Source of the DNA: Kofleriaceae bacterium
Lineage (GTDB): Bacteria > Myxococcota_A > Polyangia > Haliangiales > Haliangiaceae
Assembly (NCBI GenBank): GCA_965215005.1
Contig: CBDCCZ010000014.1
Location: 169,311-233,310, forward strand
Direction of reading: 5' to 3'
Length of the DNA stretch: 64,000 bases
Position numbers and translations under genes: made by a program. The notes beneath the pieces are model-generated. The model searched no databases. It was given only the letters and a program-made list of their open reading frames with translations, and was not told where the DNA came from. Each line of letters starts with the position of its first letter. Within the stretch, counting starts at the first letter, position 1. Of the stretch, positions 18,892 through 31,159 are shown piece by piece.

Positions 18892-19560
18892 ATGTCGATG
18901 CTCCGCCTGCAGCGAATCAACAAGTACTATCACGTCGGCCATCAGCCGCTGCACGTCCTACGCGACGTCGATCTTGCCGTTGAAGAAGGCGAGATGGTCT
19001 CGATCATGGGCTCCTCCGGCTCGGGCAAGTCGACGTTGCTCAACATCTTGGGAATCCTCGACGGCTACGACTCCGGTCGCTATTACCTCGGAGATACGCT
19101 CATCGACGGGCTCAGCGAAGCCAAGGCCGCGCAATATCGCAATCGCTTCCTCGGCTTCGTCTTTCAGTCGTTCAACTTGCTGGCTTTCAAGAACGCCATG
19201 GAGAACGTCGCCCTGCCGCTGTATTACCAGGGCGTCCCGCGGCGCAAGCGCAACGACTTGGCCCTCGAGTACCTCGAGCGCGTCGGCCTGGCGAGTTGGG
19301 CAGAACACTTGCCTTCAGAGTTGTCCGGCGGGCAAAAGCAGCGCGTGGCAATCGCTCGCGCGCTCATCGGTCAGCCGCGACTGATCCTCGCCGATGAGCC
19401 AACTGGCGCTCTCGACAGCGAGACCAGCTATCAAATCATGGAGCTGCTCGAAGGCATTCACCGGGACGGCATCACCATCGTGGTCGTGACGCACGAAGCG
19501 GATATCGCCGAGCGCACCCAGCGCATCATCCGGCTCCATGACGGCAAGGTAGCCGCGTAG
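18892..19560 (+). CDS. ABC transporter ATP-binding protein (MacB/LolD type)
   Basis: GSSGSGKST, LSGGQKQR, LADEPTGALD and VTH motifs. Confidence 0.95.
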   Translation: MSMLRLQRINKYYHVGHQPLHVLRDVDLAVEEGEMVSIMGSSGSGKSTLLNILGILDGYDSGRYYLGDTLIDGLSEAKAAQYRNRFLGFVFQSFNLLAFKNAMENVALPLYYQGVPRRKRNDLALEYLERVGLASWAEHLPSELSGGQKQRVAIARALIGQPRLILADEPTGALDSETSYQIMELLEGIHRDGITIVVVTHEADIAERTQRIIRLHDGKVAA

Positions 19561-19562
19561 CC

Positions 19563-20792
19563 ATGTTCAGCCTCGATGTATGGCAGGAGATTCTCGACAC
19601 GATTCGCCGCAACAAGCTCCGCACCGCGCTCACCGCGCTGTCGGTGGCGTGGGGCATCTTCATGCTCGTGCTGCTGTTAGGCGCCGGGCGGGGACTGCAG
19701 AACAACATCGAGCACGAGTTTGCCGACGACGCCGTCAACAGTATTTGGTTCTTTGGTGGCGTCACCTCGATGCCACACCAAGGGCTGCCAATCGGTCGCG
19801 AGATCACCTTCGACAACGATGACTACGACGCCATTCGCCGGCTTCCCGGTATCGAGCACCTCACCGGTCGCAACGAGCTGTGGGGCGAAGGCATCGTTCG
19901 CTATGGCGATAAGGCCTCGCCCTTCGACGTTCGCGCCAGCCATCCTGCGCATCAGTATATCGAGAACACCATCATCACCAGCGGGCGGTTCCTAAACCAG
20001 CTGGACCTCGACCAGCGCCGCAAGGTCGCGGTCATCGGCCAAGCAGTTGCCGAGTTTCTGTTCGCTGACGTCGATCCCCTCGGCGAGTGGATCGACGTCA
20101 ACGGCGTCAACTATCGCGTCGTGGGCGTGTTCAAAGACGAGGGTGGTGAGGGCGAGCTGCGCAAGGTCTACCTGCCGCTGAGCACGGCGCAACGCGCGCA
20201 CGGCTTTGGCGACACCATCCATATGCTCATGCTCACCGTCGGCGATGCCTCGATGGAGGAAAGCCGCGAGCTGGAGAAGCGCGTGCGCCAACTTCTCGCC
20301 AAGCGCCATGACTTCAATCCCGAGGATAGCCGCGCGCTTCGCTCACGTAACAACTTAGAAGGCTTTGCCGAAGTAAGCGAAGTGTTCCTGTTGATACGCC
20401 TGTTCGTATGGATCGTCGGCATCGGCACCATCATTGCGGGCGTGGTGGGTGTGTCGAACATCATGCTGATCGCGGTCAAGGAGCGCACGAAGGAGATCGG
20501 CGTGCGCAAGGCCATCGGCGCCACGCCTCGATCCATCGTCGCGATGATCGTTGCCGAATCGGTGTTCTTGACCGCGGCGAGTGGGTACCTCGGCTTGGTT
20601 GCGGGCGTGGGCGCGCTCGAGCTGGTGCGAGTCCTGGTCCCTGAGAACGACTACATTCGCGATCCGCAGGTGGACCTGGGGGTCGCGGTGAGCGCCACAG
20701 TATTGCTCATCGTCTGCGGCGCCCTCGCCGGCTACTTCCCCGCCCGCCGCGCTGCGCGGGTCAATCCGGTGATCGCGCTCAAGGACGAATAG
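19563..20792 (+). CDS. ABC transporter permease (MacB/FtsX type)
   Basis: NKLRTALT, NIMLIAVKERTKEIGVRKAIGA and PARRAARVNP motifs. Confidence 0.93.
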   Translation: MFSLDVWQEILDTIRRNKLRTALTALSVAWGIFMLVLLLGAGRGLQNNIEHEFADDAVNSIWFFGGVTSMPHQGLPIGREITFDNDDYDAIRRLPGIEHLTGRNELWGEGIVRYGDKASPFDVRASHPAHQYIENTIITSGRFLNQLDLDQRRKVAVIGQAVAEFLFADVDPLGEWIDVNGVNYRVVGVFKDEGGEGELRKVYLPLSTAQRAHGFGDTIHMLMLTVGDASMEESRELEKRVRQLLAKRHDFNPEDSRALRSRNNLEGFAEVSEVFLLIRLFVWIVGIGTIIAGVVGVSNIMLIAVKERTKEIGVRKAIGATPRSIVAMIVAESVFLTAASGYLGLVAGVGALELVRVLVPENDYIRDPQVDLGVAVSATVLLIVCGALAGYFPARRAARVNPVIALKDE

Positions 20793-22043
20793 ATGCTCGA
20801 CGCGGACAAGTGGCAGGAGATTCTCGCGACCCTGCGCAAGAACAAGCTGCGCACGGCGCTCACCGCGCTCGGCGTGTTTTGGGGCGTCTTCATGTTGCTG
20901 GTCATGCTCGGCTTTGGCAATGGCTTGCAGCGCGGCGTCGCACGCAACATGCGCGGGTTTGCAACCAACAGCCTCTATGTTTGGGGCCAACGCACCTCGA
21001 TGCCGTTTCAGGGCCTGCAACCCAATCGCAGCGTCGACTTCGACAACAGCGACGTGGCGGCAATCCAGCTCGAGATTGCGGGCATCCGCTATTTGGCGCC
21101 GCGCAATCGCCTCGGCGGCCATCGCGGCGGCGCTCAAGTTAGTCGCGACGGCAACGTGGGAACTTTCAACGTCACCGGCGATTTCCCCGAGATTGTCGAA
21201 ATTACGCCGGTGCGGTTCGTGAGCGGTCGGTTCCTCAATCCGCTGGATCTGGCTCAGCGCCGCAAGGTGGCGGTAATCGGCCGCGCAGTCTACGATCAGA
21301 TGTTTCGGGCCGGTGAGGATCCGATCGGTCAACACCTCAAGATCAACGGCGTGTACTTTCAGGTCGTTGGGCTGTTTGAGCCGCGGCAGACGGGCGAGCA
21401 AGGGGATCGGCAGGCGCAAAACATCCACGTGCCGTTCACCACCTACCAGCAAGCCTTCAACATCGGCGACGAGGTCGGCTGGTTCGCGATCATGGCGGAG
21501 CCAACCATTGGTGCCAGTGAGGTCGAGCAGCGCGTGCGACGGCTCCTGGCCGAGCGCCACAAGATTCATCCTGAAGATGAAATGGCGATAGGGTCGTTCA
21601 ACGCCGAGGAGGCGTTTGGCAAAGTCCAGTCGCTGTTCATCGGCATTCAGGCGTTCATCTGGTTTGTGGGCGTCGTGACCCTCTTGGCCGGAGTCATCGG
21701 CGTTTCCAACATCATGTTGATCGTCGTGAAGGAGCGCACCAAGGAGATCGGCATCCGCAAGGCGCTCGGCGCCAGGCCGCTGTCGATCGTCTCGCTGGTG
21801 ATTCAAGAGTCGGTGGTGCTCACTACCATCGCCGGTTACTGCGGGCTAGTCGCTGGAGTCGGGCTGCTAGAGCTGGTCGGGCGCCTGTTGCCCGCGGATG
21901 CGCCGCTCGCAGATCCCACCGTCGATCTGCAGATCGCCCTCATTGCCACCGCAATCCTGATCGTCGCCGGCGCGTTTGCCGGCGTCATTCCCGCAACCCA
22001 CGCTGCCCGCATCAGTCCTATCGAAGCGCTGCGCGCAGAATGA
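20793..22043 (+). CDS. ABC transporter permease (MacB/FtsX type), paralog of the upstream gene
   Basis: NKLRTALT and NIMLIVVKERTKEIGIRKALGA motifs. Confidence 0.93.
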   Translation: MLDADKWQEILATLRKNKLRTALTALGVFWGVFMLLVMLGFGNGLQRGVARNMRGFATNSLYVWGQRTSMPFQGLQPNRSVDFDNSDVAAIQLEIAGIRYLAPRNRLGGHRGGAQVSRDGNVGTFNVTGDFPEIVEITPVRFVSGRFLNPLDLAQRRKVAVIGRAVYDQMFRAGEDPIGQHLKINGVYFQVVGLFEPRQTGEQGDRQAQNIHVPFTTYQQAFNIGDEVGWFAIMAEPTIGASEVEQRVRRLLAERHKIHPEDEMAIGSFNAEEAFGKVQSLFIGIQAFIWFVGVVTLLAGVIGVSNIMLIVVKERTKEIGIRKALGARPLSIVSLVIQESVVLTTIAGYCGLVAGVGLLELVGRLLPADAPLADPTVDLQIALIATAILIVAGAFAGVIPATHAARISPIEALRAE

Positions 22044-23173
22044 CCGCCGAGAGCATGTCTATGAAGAGAGTTGCTTGGATCATCGTAGCCCTCACTCTGC
22101 TCGGTGTGTTTGGCTACACGCTGGTGTTTCTGTGGAGCAAGTCGCAGACGCCGCCGACCGTGTACGAGACGGAAGAGCCCGTTCACACCGACATCGTCAA
22201 GAAGACCGTCGCCACCGGAGCCATCATTCCGCGGCAAGAGGTGGAGATCAAACCGCGGGTTTCGGGCGTCATCGAGGAGCTAGCGGTCGAGCCGGGTGCC
22301 GCGATCAAGCGCGGTGATCTCATTGCACGGATCGAGATCGTCCCCGACGTCGTCACGGTCAACCGTGCGGAGTCCGAGCTCGCAGCCGCCAAGATAAGTT
22401 TTGGCAACGCGCAGCGCGAGCTCGAGCGCCACCAGCGGCTGTTCGAGAAGAAGGTCCTATCAGAGACCGAGCTGGCGCAGCGACGGCTTGAATTCGAGCT
22501 GCGCCAGCAGGAGCTCGCCGCGGCAGCGTCTAACCTGCAACTGATTAAAGAAGGCGCTTCGCGCAACTCGGGCAAAGTCTCGAATGAAGTGCGCTCAACC
22601 GTCGACGGAATGGTGCTCGAAGTCCCGGTGCGGGTTGGGGAGTCGGTGATCGAGAGCAACACGTTCAACGCCGGCACCACCATCGCGTTCGTCGCCAACA
22701 TGGGCGACATGATTTTCGAGGGCAACGTTGATGAGTCCGAGGTCGGCAAGATCAAGGAGGGAATGGCGCTCGATATCCAAATCGGCGCGATCGAGGGGCA
22801 AACGTTTGCCGGCACGCTCGAGTACATCTCGCCCAAGGGGGTGGAAGAAGAAGGTGCCATTCAGTTCGAGATTCGCGCCGCCATCGCACCCCACGAGGGC
22901 ACGTTCATTCGCGCCGGCTACAGCGCGAATGCCGACATCGTTCTCGACCGCCGCGAAGGTGTGCTCGCGGTGCGCGAGAGTCTCCTGCAGTTCGAAGACG
23001 GCAAGCCATATGTCGAAGTGCAGACGAGTAATCAACGGTTCGAGAAGCGGTTTCTCGACGTCGGGCTGTCCGACGGGATCCACATCGAGGTCAAAAACGG
23101 GATCGAGACGGACGCAAGGCTCAAGCAGATCACCGGCGCCCCAGGCAGCGGCCCACCCCACCAGCGCGGCTAA
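22040..23173 (+). CDS. Periplasmic adaptor subunit (MacA/HlyD family)
   Basis: N-terminal TM, VATGAI, PRVSGVI, coiled-coil hairpin and VDESEVGKI. Confidence 0.92.
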   Translation: MTAESMSMKRVAWIIVALTLLGVFGYTLVFLWSKSQTPPTVYETEEPVHTDIVKKTVATGAIIPRQEVEIKPRVSGVIEELAVEPGAAIKRGDLIARIEIVPDVVTVNRAESELAAAKISFGNAQRELERHQRLFEKKVLSETELAQRRLEFELRQQELAAAASNLQLIKEGASRNSGKVSNEVRSTVDGMVLEVPVRVGESVIESNTFNAGTTIAFVANMGDMIFEGNVDESEVGKIKEGMALDIQIGAIEGQTFAGTLEYISPKGVEEEGAIQFEIRAAIAPHEGTFIRAGYSANADIVLDRREGVLAVRESLLQFEDGKPYVEVQTSNQRFEKRFLDVGLSDGIHIEVKNGIETDARLKQITGAPGSGPPHQRG

Positions 23174-23487
23174 GTACGCCGCCGCGGGATTCATGACGCT
23201 GAAATCATTGCCCGGTCGCAAGCCCGCGCCTACTCGAAGCGAGACGCAGCCGCGTAATTTTGTTCAGAGAAATTGCGCCGCATACCGCTCCAGGCGGTCG
23301 CATCGAGGCAGGGTCATCGTCGGCACCGTCAGTCACACGGCCATGGCAGAATTTGCTTTGCGAGCCGGAGCTGTTCGGCTAAATCGGTTGGAACCACGTT
23401 GTCACACTCCGGCCGCAGAATGCGCCGGTGGCATCCTGGCACTCCGCGGCTTCTGGACGCGCTTGGCTCGGGCGTAGGCACCTTCCC

Positions 23488-25056
23488 ATGGTTAGTAGTT
23501 ACAAACTGGGCGCGATCGATGCCGGTTCCAACGCGCTCCGCATCGTCATCGCAGAGTCGTCGGCTCCAGGTCAGCTCGACCGCATCATGAGCGAGCGCGT
23601 GCCGGTTCGCCTCGGCCACGGCGCCTTCACCGGCGGCGAGCTCGACCAATCAACACTCGACGCGGCGGTGAGTGCCTTCGTCAGGTTCCGTGAGCTGTTC
23701 GATCGCCACGGCGTGCAGCGCTATCGAGCGGTGGCCACCAGTGCGGTTCGCAACGCTCACAACCGCGATGTCCTTCTCCACCGCCTCTACCACGAGGCTG
23801 GGATCGAGCTCGAGGTCATCGACGGCGACGAAGAGGCGCGGCTGATCCGCAAGGCAGTCGTCGCGGCCTATCGCGATCGAGTGGTTCCGCGGGTGATCCT
23901 CGATCTCGGCGGCGGCAGCCTCGAGATCAACTATCACCAAGGCACCGCCTGGCGCGCCGCTTCGCTGCCGATCGGCACCGTGCGGCTGCTCGAGGTCTTC
24001 GGCCTCACTGGCTCGATCGGCCCTGAAGAGGCGGGCATGGTGCGCCGTTACGCGGCCACCCTGCTGCAAACTGTGCTTGCCCGCGTCGGTCCCGATCGCA
24101 TGCCGGCAGCGGCGTGTGGCGGCAACGCCGAGGCGTTTGCCAAGCTGCTCGGCGGCATCGACTCAAACGGCACCGGCTTCGAGCTGAGCGCCCTCGAAGA
24201 CGCGCTGCCGGCAATGCTGGCGGCCAGCGTGGAAGAGCGCATGCAACGATACAACGTCCGCCGCGACCGCGCCGAGGTCATGGGAGTCGCCGCTCTGGTG
24301 CTCGCGACCATCGCGCGCGGCTTGCAGTTGCCGCGGCTGGCGGTGCCTGGAGTCGGCGTCCGCGAGGCCCTGCTCCTCGATCTCGCGGAGTCGGTGGCGC
24401 AAGAGAAGAGCCGCGCCGACAACGCGCAGGGCAAGGCGGTGCTCACCGCCGCCAAGTCGTTCGCTCACCGCGTTGGCCACGACATCACCCATGGCGAGCA
24501 GGTGCGCCGGCTGGCGGTGCAGCTCTTTGATCAGCTGCCCGATGTCCACGGCCTGCCGCCGGACTGCCGCACGGTCTTGCAGGTCGCCGCGCTGCTTCAC
24601 GACGTGGGCGAAGTGGTGCACGCGCGCAGTCACCATAAGCACAGCGAATACATGATTCGCTGGGGGCGGATTGCCGGGCTCGAGAGCCCGCACCGCGAGA
24701 TGACGGCCGCCTTGGCCCGCACCCATCGCAAGAGCCACCCGGATCCGCGCAAGCACACCAGCTACGGCGAGTTACCCAAAGACAGGCAGCGCCAGGTGCG
24801 GCGCCTGGCGGCGCTGTTGCGGCTCGCCGATGGCCTCGATTTCGAGCACAAGCAGCGAGTGGAGGCGGTGCTGGCTAGCCGCATGGGCGACACCATTGCT
24901 CTCGATCTCCAGGTTCGCGATGGTCGCACCCAACGCGACGCCGCCATGGTTCGCAAGGCAGATCTGTTCGAAGCTGAGTTTGGCTACAAAGTTACCTGCA
25001 CGGTCGGCCACGTGCTCGAAGCGCCGACCTTGCCAAGCGAGGCAACGTCGCATTGA
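23488..25056 (+). CDS. ppx: Ppx/GppA exopolyphosphatase with C-terminal HD domain
   Basis: AIDAGSNALR, VATSAVRNA, EEARL, DLGGGSLE, GVREAL and ALLHDVG...HHKHS motifs. Confidence 0.92.
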   Translation: MVSSYKLGAIDAGSNALRIVIAESSAPGQLDRIMSERVPVRLGHGAFTGGELDQSTLDAAVSAFVRFRELFDRHGVQRYRAVATSAVRNAHNRDVLLHRLYHEAGIELEVIDGDEEARLIRKAVVAAYRDRVVPRVILDLGGGSLEINYHQGTAWRAASLPIGTVRLLEVFGLTGSIGPEEAGMVRRYAATLLQTVLARVGPDRMPAAACGGNAEAFAKLLGGIDSNGTGFELSALEDALPAMLAASVEERMQRYNVRRDRAEVMGVAALVLATIARGLQLPRLAVPGVGVREALLLDLAESVAQEKSRADNAQGKAVLTAAKSFAHRVGHDITHGEQVRRLAVQLFDQLPDVHGLPPDCRTVLQVAALLHDVGEVVHARSHHKHSEYMIRWGRIAGLESPHREMTAALARTHRKSHPDPRKHTSYGELPKDRQRQVRRLAALLRLADGLDFEHKQRVEAVLASRMGDTIALDLQVRDGRTQRDAAMVRKADLFEAEFGYKVTCTVGHVLEAPTLPSEATSH

Positions 25057-25091
25057 TGCAGTGATCGCCAGCAAGTCGCACGTCAAGGGCA

Positions 25092-26402
25092 TCAACGTGT
25101 CCGCTTGCGGTGACGAGCCACCGCGGTTGCCGACGGATTGACGGTGAGCGTGCCGCTGTCGCCGTCGACGATGACCAGGTCTTGGGCGCGAACCCAGGCA
25201 TAGAGTCCGCTCACCTGCGCCAGCACTGGCACGCCGCCGGCCTTTGCGATGATCGCGCCCGGGGCATCGGCGGCCACGTGACCATCCACGACGATGGCAC
25301 TGGCGCGTCGCGCCACGGCAGCCAACGCCACGAAGGCGCCGAGTCGCTCGGTCGCGATCCATACTTCTCCCGTGCGCAGCCGCTGCCGACCATGCGCGGC
25401 AGCGTGCAGGAGCACGCATAGATCCTCGATCTCGCGAGCGCGCTCCGCCAGCGACACCTCCATCAGCACCTCACGGCTAACGACGCGATACGGAACGCGT
25501 GCGTAGTCCTTGGCCACCGCCGAGAGCCGCCGTGTCAAATCGGCGCCAAGCCCTGAAACCACCCGCTGCCGAAAGCGCTCATCCTGCAGCGCGAGCGTTA
25601 GGTTCGAAAGCGCCCTTCCGACCTCGGCAGCACCGCTGGCCTCGAGTCGCTTGCGCGCCCGCGCGAGGTCGCTCTCGAGTCCCGCCAGCGCCATGAGAAT
25701 GGACGGATCGGCGCCCGTGAGCGACTCCTCGTTTGACTGCGACGCCAGTGCCTCGAGGGTGGGAATCATCGCAGCGCGACCGAGCGCGGCTCCGGGTGCG
25801 ACCGTCACGCCGCGCAGTCGGGCCGCGCGCGAGGCCTCGCTTCCGGTGCCTTCGCGGGCGCGGCGATGCGCATTCTCGATGGCAAAGCCAATCGGTGCCG
25901 CCAGGGCCGTCGCCAATGCGATCTCGGAGCCGATGAACGCAAGCGCCTGCCGGCGCTGCAACACCAGCACGCCACTTGCACGGGCGCCGTGCAAGAGCGG
26001 CACCGCCAAGAACGCCGGATATTGCTCCTCACCGAGCCCGGGAACGTGCTTGTAGTGGGCGTCGCGAGGCGCGCGGGCCACCGAGACCGGGCGCAAGCAC
26101 TCGGCGGCAAACCCGCTGATTCCCTCCCCGACGCGCAGCCGTACGGAACCGATGGCCGCCGCCGGAAAGCCGACGTTGCCGCGCAAGGTGAGGAGCTCGT
26201 CGTCGGGCGCCCGCTCGCGAACGTAGACACTGGCGATATCGGCGCCAGCGATGGCGGCGATGTCGATGCACATCGCGCCGAGGAGCTCCTCCAAGGGTCG
26301 GTCGCTGGCGGCCAACTCGATGAGCCGGAGGATGCCATCGAGGCTCGAGTCACCGCGTTCGTGGACGCGAACTCGGACGTCTGAACCTGCCGTTGCCACC
26401 AT
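25092..26402 (-). CDS. GAF + PTS enzyme I N-terminal/mobile domain protein (truncated PtsP-like)
   Basis: PtsP-type GAF (GEGISG...GEEQYPAFLAVP), RLRGVTVAPGAALG and VIVDGDSGTLTVNP. No PEP-binding barrel. Confidence 0.8.
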   Translation of the reverse strand: MVATAGSDVRVRVHERGDSSLDGILRLIELAASDRPLEELLGAMCIDIAAIAGADIASVYVRERAPDDELLTLRGNVGFPAAAIGSVRLRVGEGISGFAAECLRPVSVARAPRDAHYKHVPGLGEEQYPAFLAVPLLHGARASGVLVLQRRQALAFIGSEIALATALAAPIGFAIENAHRRAREGTGSEASRAARLRGVTVAPGAALGRAAMIPTLEALASQSNEESLTGADPSILMALAGLESDLARARKRLEASGAAEVGRALSNLTLALQDERFRQRVVSGLGADLTRRLSAVAKDYARVPYRVVSREVLMEVSLAERAREIEDLCVLLHAAAHGRQRLRTGEVWIATERLGAFVALAAVARRASAIVVDGHVAADAPGAIIAKAGGVPVLAQVSGLYAWVRAQDLVIVDGDSGTLTVNPSATAVARHRKRTR

Positions 26403-26506
26403 GACGCTCGAGTGTGTCCGACGCAGATTTCGCGGCGGTTTCCACCGCGCTAAAGCTGCGTGTCCTGGGCAACACAGCTACGAGGCGCAGCTGTTCCTGC
26501 TTGCGC

Positions 26507-28294
26507 TCAGAAAACCTGCGCCGCGCCGGCAGTGAACCGCCCCGGCAAGCCGTGACCAGGGCCGTCGAATGGCACCGCCCAGTCGATGCGATACACCAGC
26601 GTCGATAACTGCGGAATCAACATCCGCAAACCGAGGCCGACGTCGTGGTGCAGGCCTACGGCTGACCAACGCTCGTCCGCATCGCCGGCGTCCCAAAACG
26701 CGACGCCGCCGACGCGAAGGAATGCCAGCGCCAGCGGCACGCTGCGAGCCTCGACGTTGAACCGAAGCAGCCGCTCGCCGATAAAGGCGCCGATGGGATA
26801 CCCGCGTAGCCCCGTCTGGCCGCCGATGGAAAAGAAGGTATTGCTGGCGTTGTCGACTAGCGCGGCGACCTGTGCCGCCGCCACCAGCCGGCCAAAGTCA
26901 TACACCGTAGGCGTGACCACCCGCAGCGACGCCGTTAGCTGCTTGTCGATGAGTTTGTCGTCTTGCCAGCGTCCGCTCACGCCGCTACTGGCGCTCGCGT
27001 AGCCATCGAGCCATCCCAGGGTCCAGTTGCCACCCAGCGCCAGGCGCAAGAAATCGTCCTCGGAGCCGATCACCTGCAGGGCGGTGGCGACGTTGAGCTC
27101 GAGCGCGGGGCCGGTGCGCACCGTTTCCGTCAGATCGAACGTGTCGATATTGTGCAGGTTGCGATAGTTGGGTGTGAAGACCTCGTAGCCGTAGGTGATT
27201 GCCGAGACTCGCTCCGATCGCGGCAACACGTCGCGCTCGAAGGCGCGCCGTACCGCGTCGTCGAGCTCTTCATCGAGGACCTGCGGCCGCTGCCACGACA
27301 GCTCGTGCCCCAGCGAAACGCGATGCAGAATCGAGTCGCCAAAACCGCGGGTCACGCCGGTAGCGAGCGCAAACCGGCGCTGTCGATACTGCCAAGGCAC
27401 CGTCTCGACCGCGGTACTGTCGGGGTTGTCGTAGGTGCGCAGCGCGGTGCCTTGAAAGACTCGCTCGACGGTGTAGCGATGAGAGAGCTCGAGCCCCGCA
27501 GCCCAGGTGTCCCGCAGCGACCACAGCGGGCGCGCGAGCTGCGTCGCACTCTCGGAGCCTTCGGCGTCGCCGGTTTCACGGCTGAAAATCAAGCCCGAGC
27601 GATGGCTGAGCTGCACCCGCTTGCCGAGCACGTTCTTGTCGATGTAGAGCGGACCAAACGAATAGCTGCCCTGCTGGAGCTCGAATACCAGCGACAGCAA
27701 TTTGCGCCAGCCAAGAAAGTTGTTCTCCGCGAGCGAAACAGTGAGGTAGGTGAGCTCGGACTCCTGCAACTCAAAGCTCGAATTGAGCCGCAAGCTCCAC
27801 ACATCGCGCGTTACCACCAACAGATCGACGAAACCATCGGCGTTGGCCTGCACGGGCACCGCCAGCGCCAGCGTGGTCGAGATCGGGTCGCGAAGCTTGC
27901 GCTCCGTCTCCTCGACAGTCTCCTTGTTCCACAGCTGCCCGGGACGCAGCAGCACCTCGCGGGCGATGATCTTCTCACGCGTGGTGCGATGAAAGGCGTT
28001 GAGCCAGTGCAGTGCCGCCCAGTCGTCTTCGACGAAGACGTCGAGGTTGACGACGATGATGCGCCCCAGCCGTTTGCCCTCCGGCGCCTCATCGATGACC
28101 AAGCCGCGGCGCTCGAGGGCGCCGGCGAGCGCGCGTTGCTCATAGTCGCCGAGCTCTGCGGCGACCGCCTCGTCGACCTCGGCTTCCTCGGCGGCGGCCC
28201 CTGACACAAACGCCAGCGCCACGATCGCGATGACAGCTGCGACGCAGATCGGGCGCCGCAGCGAGGCGGGCTCGTGGAGACTTCTCGAGCCCAT
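26507..28294 (-). CDS. Omp85 (BamA/TamA) family outer membrane protein
   Basis: Signal peptide, POTRA-like region (TTREKIIAREVL), GGQTGLRGY, FWDAG, GLGLR and terminal Phe. Confidence 0.85.
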   Translation of the reverse strand: MGSRSLHEPASLRRPICVAAVIAIVALAFVSGAAAEEAEVDEAVAAELGDYEQRALAGALERRGLVIDEAPEGKRLGRIIVVNLDVFVEDDWAALHWLNAFHRTTREKIIAREVLLRPGQLWNKETVEETERKLRDPISTTLALAVPVQANADGFVDLLVVTRDVWSLRLNSSFELQESELTYLTVSLAENNFLGWRKLLSLVFELQQGSYSFGPLYIDKNVLGKRVQLSHRSGLIFSRETGDAEGSESATQLARPLWSLRDTWAAGLELSHRYTVERVFQGTALRTYDNPDSTAVETVPWQYRQRRFALATGVTRGFGDSILHRVSLGHELSWQRPQVLDEELDDAVRRAFERDVLPRSERVSAITYGYEVFTPNYRNLHNIDTFDLTETVRTGPALELNVATALQVIGSEDDFLRLALGGNWTLGWLDGYASASSGVSGRWQDDKLIDKQLTASLRVVTPTVYDFGRLVAAAQVAALVDNASNTFFSIGGQTGLRGYPIGAFIGERLLRFNVEARSVPLALAFLRVGGVAFWDAGDADERWSAVGLHHDVGLGLRMLIPQLSTLVYRIDWAVPFDGPGHGLPGRFTAGAAQVF

Positions 28295-28564
28295 GGGGCA
28301 GCAACTACTGTACGTCGATGGCAGCCGCTGTGCCGCTGCCAGGGCGCGGAATCTTCATGCGCAGGGGCGGCTCGTGACGGCTGCCGAAACCGCCATGATC
28401 GACGCAGTGGCGTTCATGGGGGCCAGGACAAGGAATTGTCTAGCGGGATGCGACGCTCGAGCTCTGCGCCCACCTCTGCCCACGTCCTATCGCGGGGTGC
28501 GGCGACTATCAGACGGCTTGGAAGGCCTCGCGGCGCGAATCGCTGCGCGCTACCGGCGACGAGC

Positions 28565-29386
28565 TCAGAGCTCAACGCTCATCCCCTCGCGGGCGACGAG
28601 CGATCCTTCCCACTGCTCCGACGCTTCGCGCTCGATACGCGCCATGACGTCATCGGTGTGGTCGGGATCATGATGGAAGATGGCCAGCCGGCGAGCGCCC
28701 GCGGCGCGACATAGCCGCACCCCTTCCTGCCACGTCGAGTGCCCCCAGCCGAGCTTGGCGGGAAACGTTTGATCGGTGTACGTCGAGTCGTAAATGACTA
28801 GGTCGGCGCCGGCGATCAGCGCCAGGACCCGCTCATCGGGCGCGCCGAGAACGTGCTCCGTATCGGTGACGTAACACAGCGACGCGCCGCCATATTCGAT
28901 GCGATACGCGGTGGCGCCGTTGGGATGATTGAGCGGCGTCGTCTTGATCTGCACGCCGCCAGCGAGTGCGAACGCATCGCCGGCGTCGAAATCTTCGAAT
29001 GAGAAATCGGCGCGCATCGCATCCAGCGGCACGGGAAACATCGGCTGCGCCATTTGGCCTTCCAGCGCTGCGCGAACGCCGCCGTGGGCGCGCAAGTGTC
29101 CGGCCATGACGGTGAACTGACGCTGCGACTGAAACGCCGGCGCAAAGAATGGAAAGCCGTTGATGTGGTCCCAGTGGGTGTGCGTGAGCAGAAGCACGCC
29201 GCGGCTCACCCCCGCGTCCATGTACCAGGCGCCGAGCTCACGGATGCCAGTGCCCGCATCGAGGATGATGTGCTGGTCACCGGCCGTGACCTGCACGCAG
29301 CTCGTGTTGCCACCGAACTGAATGTGCCGCGGCGTGGGACACGCAATGCTGCCGCGAACCCCCCAGAATTTGAGCGTGAGCGCCAT
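28565..29386 (-). CDS. Metallo-beta-lactamase fold hydrolase
   Basis: FWGVRGS, GGNTSC, DAGTG, THTHWDHINGFPFF, DTEH, GHST and HHDP motifs. Confidence 0.92.
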   Translation of the reverse strand: MALTLKFWGVRGSIACPTPRHIQFGGNTSCVQVTAGDQHIILDAGTGIRELGAWYMDAGVSRGVLLLTHTHWDHINGFPFFAPAFQSQRQFTVMAGHLRAHGGVRAALEGQMAQPMFPVPLDAMRADFSFEDFDAGDAFALAGGVQIKTTPLNHPNGATAYRIEYGGASLCYVTDTEHVLGAPDERVLALIAGADLVIYDSTYTDQTFPAKLGWGHSTWQEGVRLCRAAGARRLAIFHHDPDHTDDVMARIEREASEQWEGSLVAREGMSVEL

Positions 29387-29422
29387 CTGCTCTGCGGATC
29401 CACCGTAGCAGAGCCGCTCTAG

Positions 29423-31104
<1,682 letters not shown>

Positions 31105-31121
31105 CCGCTGCGAGCAATCGC

Positions 31122-31150
31122 TTGCAAACTGCAAAGTGATGCACTAGTTT
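31122..31150 (+). promoter_or_regulatory. Sigma70-type promoter for rplX
   Basis: TTGCAA (31122-31127), 17-bp spacer, TAGTTT (31145-31150); 9 nt before the ATG with no SD. Confidence 0.6.
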
Positions 31151-31159
31151 CCCCCGGCT

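Noticed and set aside
18892..23173. MacAB-like operon lacking TolC as a novel system
   Set aside because: ATPase + two permeases + adaptor is a common arrangement, and the outer-membrane factor is often encoded elsewhere.
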